From assembly GCA_964252035.1 (NCBI GenBank), contig CAXUOO010000179.1: a DNA stretch of 62,293 bases, one strand, 5' to 3'. The DNA is from Podarcis erhardii. Lineage: Eukaryota. Within the stretch, counting starts at the first letter, position 1; each line of letters opens with the position of its first letter. The position numbers were made by a program, and so were the translations under genes. This document shows positions 50,101-62,293 of the stretch, piece by piece. The notes under the pieces are model-generated. The model saw nothing but the letters and a program-made list of their open reading frames with translations. It ran no database searches and was not told the origin of the DNA.

Positions 50101-51931
50101 GAACGAAAAATAATTCTAGTCGCTCAAATTAGACAAAACACTTCGATTGTATGAACGGTTGAGGGGTTCTGGATGATTTTTACTTTTGTGGATGCCGCAG
50201 TCTTCCCCTTTGCTCGAATTGGAAGTAATGTGTAAACCTCCACTATACAGTTGCAGGATACAAAATTTTTTTGAGTTCGTGCTTTTTCCTAAAATATATC
50301 GTCGATAGTAATCTGGCCTAGTGCCGTTGTCCTTTCCATTTGTTTTTGCCGGCGGCGCTACTGCAGTTTTGTTACACTTCATTTTATCAGCCGATTTCTA
50401 GCCTTCCTCCTTGTAATTTCTAATCCTCCTCCAGATTTCAACACTGTTCTCGCTTCTAAAGCCACTCAAAATTTTTATGTCTTGTATCCCTTCACTTTGC
50501 TATCTAAACGGACTTCAGCATCTATTTCGTTTCGTTGGCGCTTTATATTGGTCACATGTCATATACCTCGTTTCGTTTTTTTCCAAGATTCGTAAGTTGC
50601 ATTCACTGTCTTCAATCCTTCAATTCTATGGCTCCATTTCTTATACTTTTACTCGACGTTTGATTTCATAAACGCTGCTCAATGAAAAAACAACATATAC
50701 ATATATATATATAAGTACAAACATGTGTATAGATTTATTTATGTATATGATTAGATAGTCCTGCTTATGTTTTCATTCTGTAATTTCACGGTTTGCGCTT
50801 TTGTGCATTTGTTACAACTTCGATCGCCTCTTTTTCCTGGTAAATTTTTAGCGGCAAAGAGCAGAAATTCTCCAATTTTGCGTCTTTTATTTAACGCCAA
50901 AACAAGAAACAGATCGTTTGCAGCGTCATCAGTTTCTATAGCATATTGCATCAAATTTTAAAGAGGCTCGATTGTTCCAATTGAGAAATAAAGTCAAAGT
51001 ACACAGAAGGGAGAGGTCAAGGAAAGTAGTGAGACGGGGCCTGAGGTGTGATTGTAGAACTCTTTTACATTCTTTTGTCTTTTTTTATATGTCCTTCTTC
51101 CACGTACATGCTGTTAACATATACTATGTGTCATATATATTCACACACAGTACATGAGTATACATATGCATATATGTATGTATATGTATAATGTATAAAT
51201 ATTATTGATCGAGTATTCTAACATGAGATAGCGGCACTTCCTTGGAAGTTTAGGCAAGTATCGTTTAGCGCGCTGTTGGAGAGGCGTTTACTGAAGACTC
51301 TTTGAAAGTTTTACGAGGCATGTACTGCATTGTCTGAATACTACTAATTGCAAGTAGTCAGATATCTACACAAAGTAAAACTGAAGACCCAAGAAATGAC
51401 ATCCCACTGTAGATTTCTGCATATACCATACGACTGAACAGCGAGGGTGGCAAACAACCACAACAACTGACTGAAATGTGTGTCGACGTTTACTTTGTCT
51501 AGTCTCTGAGTTCTGCATATGCTGAGAGCTTCCCCTGCGTATCCAAATGTATGTGTGTTGTGAGTGAGTGTGAATTGTCACAGACACAGATGAGTCTTTT
51601 TTTCCGTAAACCATGTCTCTATTGCTGCACAAATCCAATTCGTATATGTGCAGAAGCTCTCTTCTTTCTTCTCTGTCTGAGTGGTTCCTCTTTGCATATA
51701 ATTTGAAACTGCGTGCAGAAGACGGTCTCGAATTCCGCGAGTCAAGTGAAGATCAAAGAAGTTCTGAAGAAAAACGAGCCGGGATCTTTGTGTGTCTGAG
51801 GAGGATTTAGCTGCATTTGCGCAAGAAATCGACAGATTTCGTCAATAAGCAACGAGTTATGGCAGCTCTGCTGCTGCAGTTGCTTCTTTGGTCGCCAGTG
51901 TGTCTGTCGCTTCTTTTCCCTGTCCGCACCA

Positions 51932-54834
51932 ATGACGCCGCCCTCCATTCCGCTGCCTTTCTGTTGCTCAACTGACTTTTCAACTAGAAAAACTAACAGC
52001 AGCAATGGCAAATGCAGCCGCAATACAAACAGCAGTGGCAAATACAGTCGCAACACGAACAGCACGAGAAAGGGCGACGACAACAAAAACAACGTCGATA
52101 GCGACAGTAGCGATGGTGACAGAAATAGAGCAAATCACCACAGATGTGGCAGTTTGAACAGCCGTCATAACACCAGCAACCACTCCAAGTACCAACCCAG
52201 TCTCACACGCAGCAGAAAAAGCAGCAACAACAGCAACATCAGTACACTTCTGCCCATCATCATCAACAGCAGCGAACTGTTGGCTGAGCGTCAATGGCTT
52301 TGCTCAACAGCAGCGCCCTTTGGTGCTTTCAGGACGCCTTCTCCATTTTCTCGCAGCGGCAAGCCCAGCAGTACTAGTAATAGTAGTAATAATTGTAATA
52401 GTAGTAATAGTAATAATAGTAGTAATAGTAAAAGTAGTAGTAGTGATAATAGCAGACGCTCTGACGCTTCTCTGCAGCCAGAACGCCATGGAGAAAGAGC
52501 TAGAACTGCTTTTTTAAAGTCCAGTCCACACACCAACCTCTTCAGCAGTAGCAGCAACGAAAAGCACAGCTCCAGCGTAAACGGCAGGTGCTGTAGCAGC
52601 AGCAGTAGCAGTAATAGTAGTAGGGGAAATAGTGGTTACTACAGGAGCTGCAGTGATCGCACCAAAAAGCGCGTCGATATCTGCAATAGTAATAGAAATA
52701 GCAGTAGTAGTAGTAGTAGTAGGTGGATGAGTTTGAGCCGCAACTCACAACAAAGCGGGGATAAAAGACGCGTCACAGAAAGCCATCGAGGCAGCAGCGC
52801 TAGGTTCAGCAAAGAGAGTCGAAGCAACGACACAAATGTGAGCAAAAGCAGCCAAAACCTTTTCTGCAGCAGTGGGGAGCACAGAGGCGGCAGCAAAAGC
52901 AGCAGCAGCAGCTCAGAGGGGAGACTTTTTCGTTTTGGCACTTCGGCTTCGAATTCTGCTTTTCGTTCACAGTCAAACAGTTCTCATTTCAACAACGCCC
53001 CCAGCAGCAACTGCAGCAGCACCAGTGGTGACGGTAGTAGTGCCAACAGCAGTAATAGCGGCGACAGCACGAAAAACAGCTTGTCGAAACTGCGAGTGAG
53101 TCAACACACACTGCACGCTTTTTTGTGCAGCAATAATAGTAGTAGTAGTAGTAGTCGTCGTAGTAGTAGTAGTAGTCGTCGACGCACTCTTGATTCACCT
53201 CCAAAAAACACGAGTTCTTCGATGCGCGTCGAGAAACCAAGTCGACGATCCTTCCTCGCAGCGCCAGCGCGGTGTACAGACACCGCAGACTTCAGCAGTG
53301 AAGAGAGGTCGACGCGAAAAAGGAACAGAAGCAGAAGCAGCTGCTTGTTTCGCGGCAGCAGCAAGTCGAGTACCTGTGATTGTGAGGCGGGTTTTTTTCG
53401 TGGCTACCCAAATAGAGTCCCCCACTGCAGCACCACCGAAACAGAAAGACGCAGATTTAGCAGACTCGCCACTGAGACGTCTGTGGCAGCAAAAAACTCA
53501 TTGGGGGGGGGGGCTCTGTGTGGTGTCGTCACTCCTACTTCTCGTAGTAAAAGCAGTCTCCACTCGCTTCCACAACAAATACCGTATCTGCAGCAGCAGT
53601 TTCTGCAACAGCAAGAGCAAGTGCTGCAACTCCAGCAACTCGTTGAGAAGCAGCAGCGACTGCTGCAACAGCAGCAACTGCTGCTGTCTCGAGTTTACCC
53701 ACACTGCAAAAATGAAGAAAATAATGGAGCAGAGCTGCGCGCGTTTTCCTCAGCAAACGCTGTTGCTGACTCGACTGCAGAAACTGCTTTTTCTTGCGTG
53801 CGCGTCTCCTCCGCTGCAAACCAGAAGATCTTCACTTCTTCGTCCCCTCACTCTTCCACTTCTTCTTCAACGCCCTTGCAGAAACTGCAGTTTCAACGAG
53901 GCAGATCTTCCAGTTCGCCAGAGCCGCAAAAACGGGACAAAACGGGCTCTGCACAGCAGAAGGGGCAGAAATTTCGGCACAGAACGAGCTCTTTTTCCTT
54001 GCAGCAGAAACAGCAAAAGCAGCTGCTGAAGCAGCGAAGTCCAAGAGCCGCTGAAAGGCGGCCAGAGCCCCAAACAACGACGAGAAACAGACAGCCACTT
54101 CCACTGCAGCGAAGAAGAAAGTCTGCAATTTTGGAACTGAAAAGCTCCGAGCGACGAAGCACAACCACAGCCACACAGCTGAAGCCGAGAACAGGACTAC
54201 TACTACTTCAACGAACGTTGCAGCAGCAGCAGCAGCGACAGCCTTTGATGCACCAGAAAGTGCCTGTTTTTTGTGTTTCTGCAGATTCACTGCAACCACA
54301 GAAGAGCGAAAAGGACCACCTTCCTCCAGCTGCGGAAATCACTCCTTTTCCAAGTGGGACGCTGACGACTCGCTCTTTCGTTTCTGCTCAAACACAGCAG
54401 CAGGCAAAAGAAGCAAGCTTTCAGCGCAAACCAGGAACTCGTGCAGAGTCGCTGCTGCTTTGCACTAACAGAAACTGCTCCCATCTTCGCAATTGTAGTG
54501 CAACTACCAGTAAATCCTTCAATCGAGGGTCGGACAGCTGCTGCTGGGTTCATCACAAAACAGGCAAAAACAGCACCTGTAATAAGGAAGAAAAGGAGGA
54601 GGAGGAAGAATCTAGCAGAACAACGTGCCCCACTTGCAGAAGCTGCAGCTACTGGAACTTGAGTTCTTCCACTTGCAGACGCACTAGCAAAAACCGGCGT
54701 CGCGACTCGAAGCAAGATTTCAGCAACAGACAAACACCCCCTTTTGCCTGCAACCCTCAATGCGACGACCTAAACACAAACAACAGCATTACTCACTATT
54801 GTCCTCGTCACAGTAGTAATAACAATAACAATGA

Positions 54835-54908
<74 letters not shown>

Positions 54909-56317
54909 TTGATAGCGGGTGGAAGAGAGGGGGCAACCAATGCATCAAGTGGTTCAGCAGCAGTAGCAGTAGTATTCGTAGTAGTAGTAGTAGTATTCGT
55001 AGTAGTATTCGTAGTAGTAGTAAGAGCCCCCCAATTCGCAGCAGCTGCCACAAGAGGGCCACCAGCAGCAGCAGCAGTGACAGTTGCAGTGGCTGCTCAA
55101 GTAGGTCGCTTTCTGAGCAGTGGAGCTTTTTCCACCAAAAGAGCAGGCACCACCTGATTGAAAACAGCTCAGTCAACAGCAGCAGTAGTGGTTTGTTTGA
55201 AATTCTGCGCTGTCTTAGCAGCGACTCTTCGAGCTTGAGCAGCAACAGGAGCAGCAGTAGGAAGAGCAGCTCTCGTTCGTTTGAGAGAGCTCTAGTTGTT
55301 GTTTCTAGTTCGCTGGAATCGCGTTTCACTAGTGGATCGGCTGCAGCACCAGAAGAAGAAACTCTCTCTTTCGAAACACCTGATCATCAGCAACCACAGA
55401 AAGCTCTTACTCACTTAACACACCGACTGCAACCACCACCACCATTACAGCAGCAGCAACCATCGACGCTTAATCACCAACAAACGCCACCACTGCACGA
55501 AGCGACCAGTTTCCAGTCACGTGGAAAACAGCAGTCGCCACAACACCTCGATTGTCGTTGTGCTCATCCTAGTAGTAGTAGTAGTACATATTTTGACGAA
55601 ACAGTCTATGTGCAAGCGAGCTGTGGAAAGCAGCCAGTGGTGACTCGTTTTTCTGCTTTTTCTGCTTCTCCTAGTGTTGCTGGAGATGCAGCCAGTTCAC
55701 TACTAGTGGGCAAGATTCCCACTGCAGCAGATTTCGACGAAAGTGAAGCACATGCAGTTGCTCGATGGAAGCGACTAAGTGGAGAGGGCTCAGCAGCTAG
55801 GACAGAAGCAGCAAAGCATCTACTAGCTGAATTCAAAGTCGAAGGAAAGCCAGCACCAACAACAACAGCAGCACTCACTGCTGCAGCAGATTCTGAAAAA
55901 CAGCTGGTAGATTCCTCAGGAACTGGGTTTTTCGCAGACTCAACAGCAGCAAGCGCTGCAGAGTTTTCCGCTGTTCCTCAGCTTCCAAATGTCACAATCC
56001 CCAATACTCCTACTACTCCTACTAATACTACTTTTATTACTACTGCTGCTGCTGCTGCTGACTCAACAACAGAGCTGGGTTTGGGTGGAGGCATGCATCG
56101 CCTTAGCACGCTGATGAACTCGTCTTTCTTTGCTGAGGAAGAGGCAGGGCTTCACACCTTCTTCTTCTTCGACAGTTGCAGCTGGTGGAAATTGTGTGTC
56201 GACTCAAGAAGAGCCCATAGTGTTGTTGCAAAGCCAACAAGATCCCTCGCTGTTGTCGAATCGTGCAGCTGCTGCTGCTGGTGGCGTTTTTCTTTCGCGT
56301 TTGCCTGCTTCACCTGA
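51932..56317 (+). CDS. Large low-complexity (Ser/Gln/Asn-rich) hypothetical ORF, first link of a frameshifted ORF chain
   Basis: 1461-codon ORF on the CAG-rich strand, as for the genuine exons here. No recognisable domain. Confidence 0.45.
54836..54907 (+). repeat. (AGT)24, read as poly-Ser in the long ORF
   Basis: Perfect triplet run, in frame with ORF 51932. Confidence 0.9.
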
Positions 56318-59300
56318 GGCAGCAGTAGCAACAACACTCCTTTGTGAAATCCATCCTAAAGCGAAGGATCTCGGTTCCCTTTTTGAAACTGCACTGAAAC
56401 CCACGAGAACCTGCGCCGCTACGCTGCATGTGAAACAGGTGCTCTCAAAGCTTCCACTGATGCTGCTGCTGTGGGCGTCGTTGAGCAGCCTGCTTCTTTT
56501 CCTCAAGAGTGGTTTCTCCTTTTCTGCAGCGGAGTCGGTCTTTCTTTCTAGTGGGGAAACTTTTCGTGGAGAAAGGGGCCCTCGAGCAGTTTCTGCGGCA
56601 GTTTCGTGTTTCGAAAAAGAGTGCATGCAGTTGGAAAGACCCCCCGCACCACTCTCTGCCTGCGAAACAGCTGCTTACTTCGACAACAGACAACAGGCAG
56701 AAAAAGCAGCTCGCCAGCAGCAAAACACTGAAGAAAAAGAAAAACAAGCAAGAAGTCACCACCGTCCTCATTGTCACTCTCCCACTCGTCGGCGAAGTCT
56801 CGAACAGCAGCAACCACAGACAGAGCGCGCGCGGTGTCTGTACACCGCAGAACCCACAGTTTCTCGGTTTTCTTGGTCTCCACCAATTCAACAGCGAGCA
56901 AAGCACCACCAGACACGAGAGACAGAAAGAAGCGCTTTTGCGCAGTGGAGCAGTCGTCATCACAGCCAGCACAGAAATCCACTCAACCAGCAACTTGTGA
57001 ACTCGACTTTTTGCAGCAGAAAACTCGCAAACAGTCTCAGCAGCGACTGACGCTTCGTCTCGTGGAGGAACTGAAGCATCTTTTGTGCAACGAACTTCAA
57101 CCCAAAAAACAGCAGCAGACGCAAACAAACTTCACAGACAAACCACTAGAAAAGTCGCCCGACTTTCTGCAGCAAAGCCAAGCAGACAAGGAGCAAGCAG
57201 AACAGCTGCAGGCGCAGCAAACTTGGTGCAAATTGCAAGCACTCCATTTGGAGAAACAGGAGTCTGCGAGTCTGCGAGTGGAGCTCGAACTAGCGGAGGA
57301 GAAGAAGAAGCCAAAGCAGCACAATTGGGGAGCAAGAAAAGGTGCCCAACAACAACCACTGCTGCACAGCAGACAGAAGAGAAGACGGAACTGCGCAGCG
57401 CAGACAGTCGAAACGCTGGTGCAAACTCAGTTCAGTGAACAAATTCCAGACAAGAAAGAAAAGCACTCACAGACTCTGCGCCAGCCCCACCACCTCGGTC
57501 TTTTTCGGCTGCTGCAGGAAATTCACTTGTCTTCACAGACAAACTCCACCTTTCCGTGCAGAACTTGTTGCGCTGTTGCAGCAGCTTCAGCAACAGCAGC
57601 TACAGCTACAACAGCTACAGCAGCTACAGCAACAGCAGCACTCAGTAATCGACGAAGAAGAGCGACAACAAAGTCGCTTGGTGCTGCTAGCCCCCAAAGA
57701 AGCGGAAGCAGAAGAGCGAGAAAACTGGGAACTCAAACAACCCAATCCGCTCCAGAAAGAGGGGGCTGAAAGACGAGCCGCAAACAGAAAAGGAGAGGGA
57801 GAAGAAGGAGGAGCAGCCACAAAAACCGCAGAGAAAAAGACTGCATGCGCAGCGTCAAGGGCAGTTGCTGCTGCAGAAGCTGCTGTCAGTCAACTGCGCA
57901 AACAGCAACTTTTCCAGACTCGTCAAACTCCCCAAACCCGACCCCTCTCTTCCTCCACACTTCTCCCGCCTCCTCTTTTCTTTTTCTCAGCACCAAAACA
58001 ACCACACAATTCAACTGCTGGTGGTGAAGGTGGTGATGAAGGTGGTGGTGGTGGTGGTGGTGGTGAAGATGGTGGTGATGTTAGTGGTGGTGGTGGTGAA
58101 GGTGGTGGTGGTGGTGGTGGCGCTCCTGTCTTTGTTGCTGCTGTTGAGGGCAGTGTTTCGAACAGTTTGAACAGTTCGACTTGCACAGAGTTTATGAGGT
58201 TGAGAACTCCATTAACAGAAGCGAAAGCAGGCTTTTTTATGTGCACTGGTGAAGAAGGAGCTTCAGTTGAGACAAGTTGCTGCTAAGTTCGAGGGCTCCT
58301 TTTCCACTCACAAGAGAAAGAGAAGCGGAAAGAGCAGCAAGCGTCGAGTCAGTGGCTGAACTCGTCACTCAAAAAGACTTTAAGTTTTCTGCACACTCGT
58401 CCACAAATGACTCTGACTTGTCTGCCTCAGAAAAACGAACGCCGGCTTCCTCTCTCTCCATTTCTCTCTCCATTTCTCCCTCCATTTCTTTCTCCTCTTT
58501 TCCCTCCATTTCTTTCTCCTCTTTTTCCTCTTTTTTTTCGCTTATGAGAGATGAGCCGTTTTGAGTTGTTGCAGCGCAGATTTCGCGTCGAAGAACTTTG
58601 TGTTTTTTTGTGCTGGGCGGCTGGGTGCGTTTTCTTTCCTTTTTCACCCCTCACTCGTCGGCAACAAACACCACCGAGCAGAAACTGCAGCCTTTTCCAC
58701 CATTATTACCACCACCACCACCACTACAACAAGAGCATTTTCTCATTGTGCGCCAACTGCCTGCTCTTGCTGTTGCTGGAACTTTCGACTCGTTTTGGCC
58801 CTTCTGTGGAGCTGCGCTGCAGTGCTTTTTTCCTCACTTTGCAGCAGAAATCGGGCGATTTCGAGGGCAGCAAGAGCGGCTCACAGAGAAAGCGCCTTTC
58901 AGCAGCCCTCACCGCCAAAGCCACTCGAAGAAATCGAAAAAAGAGCCGAAACTTGGTCTTTTTTCAGAGCAGGAGAAGGAGGAGGAGCCGCAGCGAGAAC
59001 TGGACGAAAAAGCGGAGTTTTGCTGCTTTCAAACACCGACGAAGCAGCGAAAGAAGACGCAGAGGGTGGCGAAACACAGCACTTGTCTCCTTCAAATGAC
59101 GACTTCACAGTGAGTTGCTACTTTTCTCGAAACACCAGCAGCTTTCTCTTCGCAACTCCAACCACAACAACAACTGACAAGAATGAAAGACTGAGAAAAG
59201 CTGCGTTTTCAGCGCAAACTGCAGCGACACTCGGCGAAAAGCAAGACTGCGGGTTCTGCTCTACAAAGCAGTGGCTAGATCTCTCTCTCACTTTGCGCCC

Positions 59301-62293
59301 AGAAGCGCCACCACTGCTGCAACGCATGCAATTGCTGCAGCAGCAAGAACGACGACGAAACTGCGGCTTAATCCACGCAACCACAGCAGCAGCAAAAGCC
59401 CAGCAGCTGCAGCTTCACACAGCGCAGTTTTTTCAGCAGAAAACGAGTGGAAAAAAAAAACGAGCAAAAACACCCACAGCAAGCCCAAGGGACGCAACTC
59501 GCCACCAGAAGCAGGAGCGCATGCACTCAGGCGTTTTTTGCAGAGACAGGAGCCAAGAGAAGTTGTGGTGGAGAGACAGCAGACGCATGCAGGGAAAATA
59601 GGCTCGCAGTTTCCGCTGCAGCAAACTTCTCGAAAGAACTCAAAACGAAAGCGTCGGCTCAACTGCAGCAAGAAATGCTTGCGAAAAAACGAAGACGCCG
59701 TCTATCGCTGCAGTCGTCGCTGCAGCTGCTGTTGCTGCACTTCGACGCAGGCGAAAAAGTGCAGCTGAAACCAGTGCTAGTTCAATTGCTTCGATTAGTA
59801 GTGAAAATGAGGCAGTCTCCATTTTTCCAGAAACCGACATCAACTCCTGCCCTGGAGACTCGCTCAACAGCAGCAACGACAACAAGCGCAGCAGTTGATA
59901 ACGCAACAACGAACACGAGACTCGCTGAGGCAGCAACTGAAGAAAAAAAAGCAGAAGATATTGCAAAAGCAGAAGAGAAAAGGCAGAAGATATTGCAGAA
60001 GATATTGCAGAAGAAGAAGAAGCAGAAGATATTGCAGAAGATATTGCAGAAGAAGAAAAAGCAGAAGATACTGCAGAAGAAGAAAAAGCAGAAGATATTG
60101 CAGAAGAAGAAAAGGCAGAAGATACTGCAGAAGGAAGAAAAGGCAGCGACTTTCACAGAAACTGCAGCAGCAGCTTGCACAGCAGCGACGCAGCAAACTG
60201 CACCTGCAACGCAGTCAAATGAAAACGCAGCAACAATCTTCACACTAGACAAAAAAGCTTCAGCACTAAAAGGAGCAAAAAAGACACGCTCCGACGCCCC
60301 CGCATTTCTACTGCCTCTTCGCAGGAGCAGCGGAATCGACACTGCCAAAAACTGCTTTAATAATAGTAGTAGTAGTAGTAGTAGTGGTAGTGCAAAGCTG
60401 CCTCTATCTCAGCACAGAAGAGAAGTTAGGTGCGGTGTCGTCGCTTTCAGTTTTTTTTGCTCAGGACTCTGCGAGAGTCTGCAGCAAAGAAACAACAGTG
60501 GCGCTTTTGTGCGGCAAAAGGTGATTTCTTTTTCACCCAGTTTCTTCACGCAAGCGAAGCGAAACGAAGCAACAAACGCACATGCTTTGCAGCGAAAAAC
60601 TTTTTCCCGAAATTCAGCACCAACGGCAGTTTCTTCAAGTGCCGTTGGTGCAGCAGCACCAGAAAAGTCCATTTGTTGGGTTAATAACGCAGCAGTTGAA
60701 GCAGCAAAATTGAGGCTTTGGAAAAAAGAAGAAGGAGTAGTCGTTCAGCAGTCATCACGAGATGGCGCAGCTGCACTAGTGGAACCTGCAACGCATGTAA
60801 CAAAAGCAGCAGTAGTCTTCACAGCAGCAGAAAACACCTCAGCAGCAACGAGTGAGACTGAAGAACCAAATGTAATCGTTGCATTCAAAGAAAAAGCAGA
60901 GAAACCAAACACATCAGCAGCTGAAATTGCTGCAACAGCAGCAGTAGTCGCTGATACAGCAGAAAATACATCAGCAACAGACGAAAAAACTGCAGCGACT
61001 GTCTCAGAAAGAGCTGATCCAGTAACGGATAGACTTAAAGTAGTCGACATTGTTTCAAACAAAGCAGCAGACTTGGAGGAGGCGCCAGCATGCGTCGTTG
61101 CTGCAAATTCAGCAGCGAATTTGACTGCTTGTATAGATGCAGCAGTTCATGAAGCAGCGGAAATTAAGACACCCGCACTTCCAGAAACGAACTCTGCAGC
61201 CGAAATAGATCAGTCAAAAATCCAAATAGTCGAGACTGTCTTGACTAATTTCGCACCAGTGAAAACAGCAGCAAACTCTGCTGCAGATTCAGCAGCAGAA
61301 GTTGACGCAGAGATGCACCAACAGCCGCATTAGGAGAAACAGCGTCAGTAAAAATGGGTGTAGTTGCAGCAGCTGCAGCAGAAATTCTTCAAATCGACTC
61401 AGTAGAAGGGACAGAGAAAGAAAACAGAAGTAGCAGCACCAGTGAACTTCGTTTTCTCAGTGAACAGATGGAAGAAGGCTGCAGCAGTAGCAGTAGTAGC
61501 AGCTGCAGCAGTAGCAGTAGTAGCAGCTGCAGTAGTTCTTTTAATAATAGTAGTAGGAGTAGCAGCAGAAGAAGGAAAAAACAGTTAAACTGTAGACGGT
61601 TAGACCCAGATGTTTTTTCGAGTAGAAGAATAGCCAGTGATGAGAGTGAAGAGCAGCAGCCGCCGCCACAAGCAGATCGACGAGAAAAATTGGCGATGGA
61701 AAAGGAACTCGCACTTACGGAAAGCTGCAGACATCACGAATGCCCCACTTGCTGTTGCAGGTGCTGCTAGAGCAGAAATGGAGGCGGGTTTTAACTACAG
61801 AAAACACACAATTTCACGAGAAGCTGCTGCCCCAGAGTCAGAAAGTGCGAAGCAAACTGTTTCTGTTTCTCCCAGAAAAGCAGGGCTTCCACTTCCCGAA
61901 GTCCTTGCTGCGCTTGCGGCTTCTGCCCTTGTTCCTGGCGCTCAACTTTCCGGAAACTCCGACGAAAGACTTTCGCCGGGTGTACGTACACCGGAGATTT
62001 GCGGTGTCACGGACAAACCACACTGCAGAAGAAACAGCGAAAGTAAGCGTTTCGCGAGCAGTAGTGAAAACTCCTATGAGTGCTGCGCTAACAAAGACAG
62101 CACCAAATTCAATAGCGAAGTGGACACTTTCCAGAATCTTCTTTCGAATCGCTCCACGCAGGAAAGCATCGACTTCAACAGCACCAGCGACAGTCACAAC
62201 TCAGCAAATTTCTCCTGCAGCAAAGTGAGTGACAGCACCAATAGTAGCAGCAGAGCGCAACTACTCGGAGCATCAAAGCCTTCTCTTTAGCGG
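56130..62293 (+). pseudogene. Chain of overlapping plus-strand ORFs in alternating frames (frameshifted giant gene, or indel-rich assembly)
   Basis: ORFs 56130-57050, 56771-57769, 57342-58286, 58277-58564, 58598-59113, 58561-59601, 59447-61333, 61354-61770 and 61637-62290 tile the region with similar A/Q/S/E/K-rich composition and no clear introns at most switches. Confidence 0.45.
59981..60137 (+). repeat. gcagaagatatt-based repeat (KILQ in the ORF frame, AEDI in another frame)
   Basis: 12-nt and 21-nt units visible directly. Confidence 0.85.

Noticed and set aside
57040-57620. Faint resemblance to the ApiAP2-associated ACDC domain (LVEELKHLLCNEL ... FRAELVALLQQL)
   Set aside because: Only generic amphipathic helices split across two frames, and no AP2 domain is visible. 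An HMM search would be required.
1-62293. tRNA, rRNA, CRISPR array, LTR retrotransposon or DNA transposon
   Set aside because: No cloverleaf, rRNA-like block, repeat-spacer array, RT/integrase/chromodomain motif or terminal repeat pair was recognised by eye. A tRNAscan-SE, Infernal or RepeatMasker run would be needed to exclude degenerate copies.

Overview
Eukaryotic, intron-rich DNA that looks like an eimeriid coccidian (Apicomplexa). The cues are CAG/CTG repeats encoding Q/A/S homopolymers in exons, recurrent TGCATGCA octamers, and (TA)n and (TAC)n microsatellites in introns. Two large spliced genes, divergently oriented, can be reconstructed by hand with GT-AG junctions. (1) Minus strand 19426->1619: a 6-exon model (8001 nt, 2666 aa) for an Mss116-like DEAD-box protein with its C-terminal extension. 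Its helicase motifs are degenerate (ARVHAGKS, DEAA, SAF, QRVTRLQG) and it carries very large low-complexity insertions, making it a candidate pseudo-helicase. (2) Plus strand 25876->45430: a 14-exon model (~1747 aa, one junction unresolved) for a KIF1-binding protein (KBP/KIFBP) homologue. The 6.4-kb spacer between the two genes, one KBP intron and the region 45.9-51 kb hold exon-like segments broken by stops at Gln/Arg-like positions; these may be fossil genes. From 51.9 kb to the window end there is a chain of low-complexity plus-strand ORFs that changes frame repeatedly. No rRNA, tRNA, CRISPR array or recognisable transposon was found. Most short ORFs in the six-frame track are repeat artefacts.
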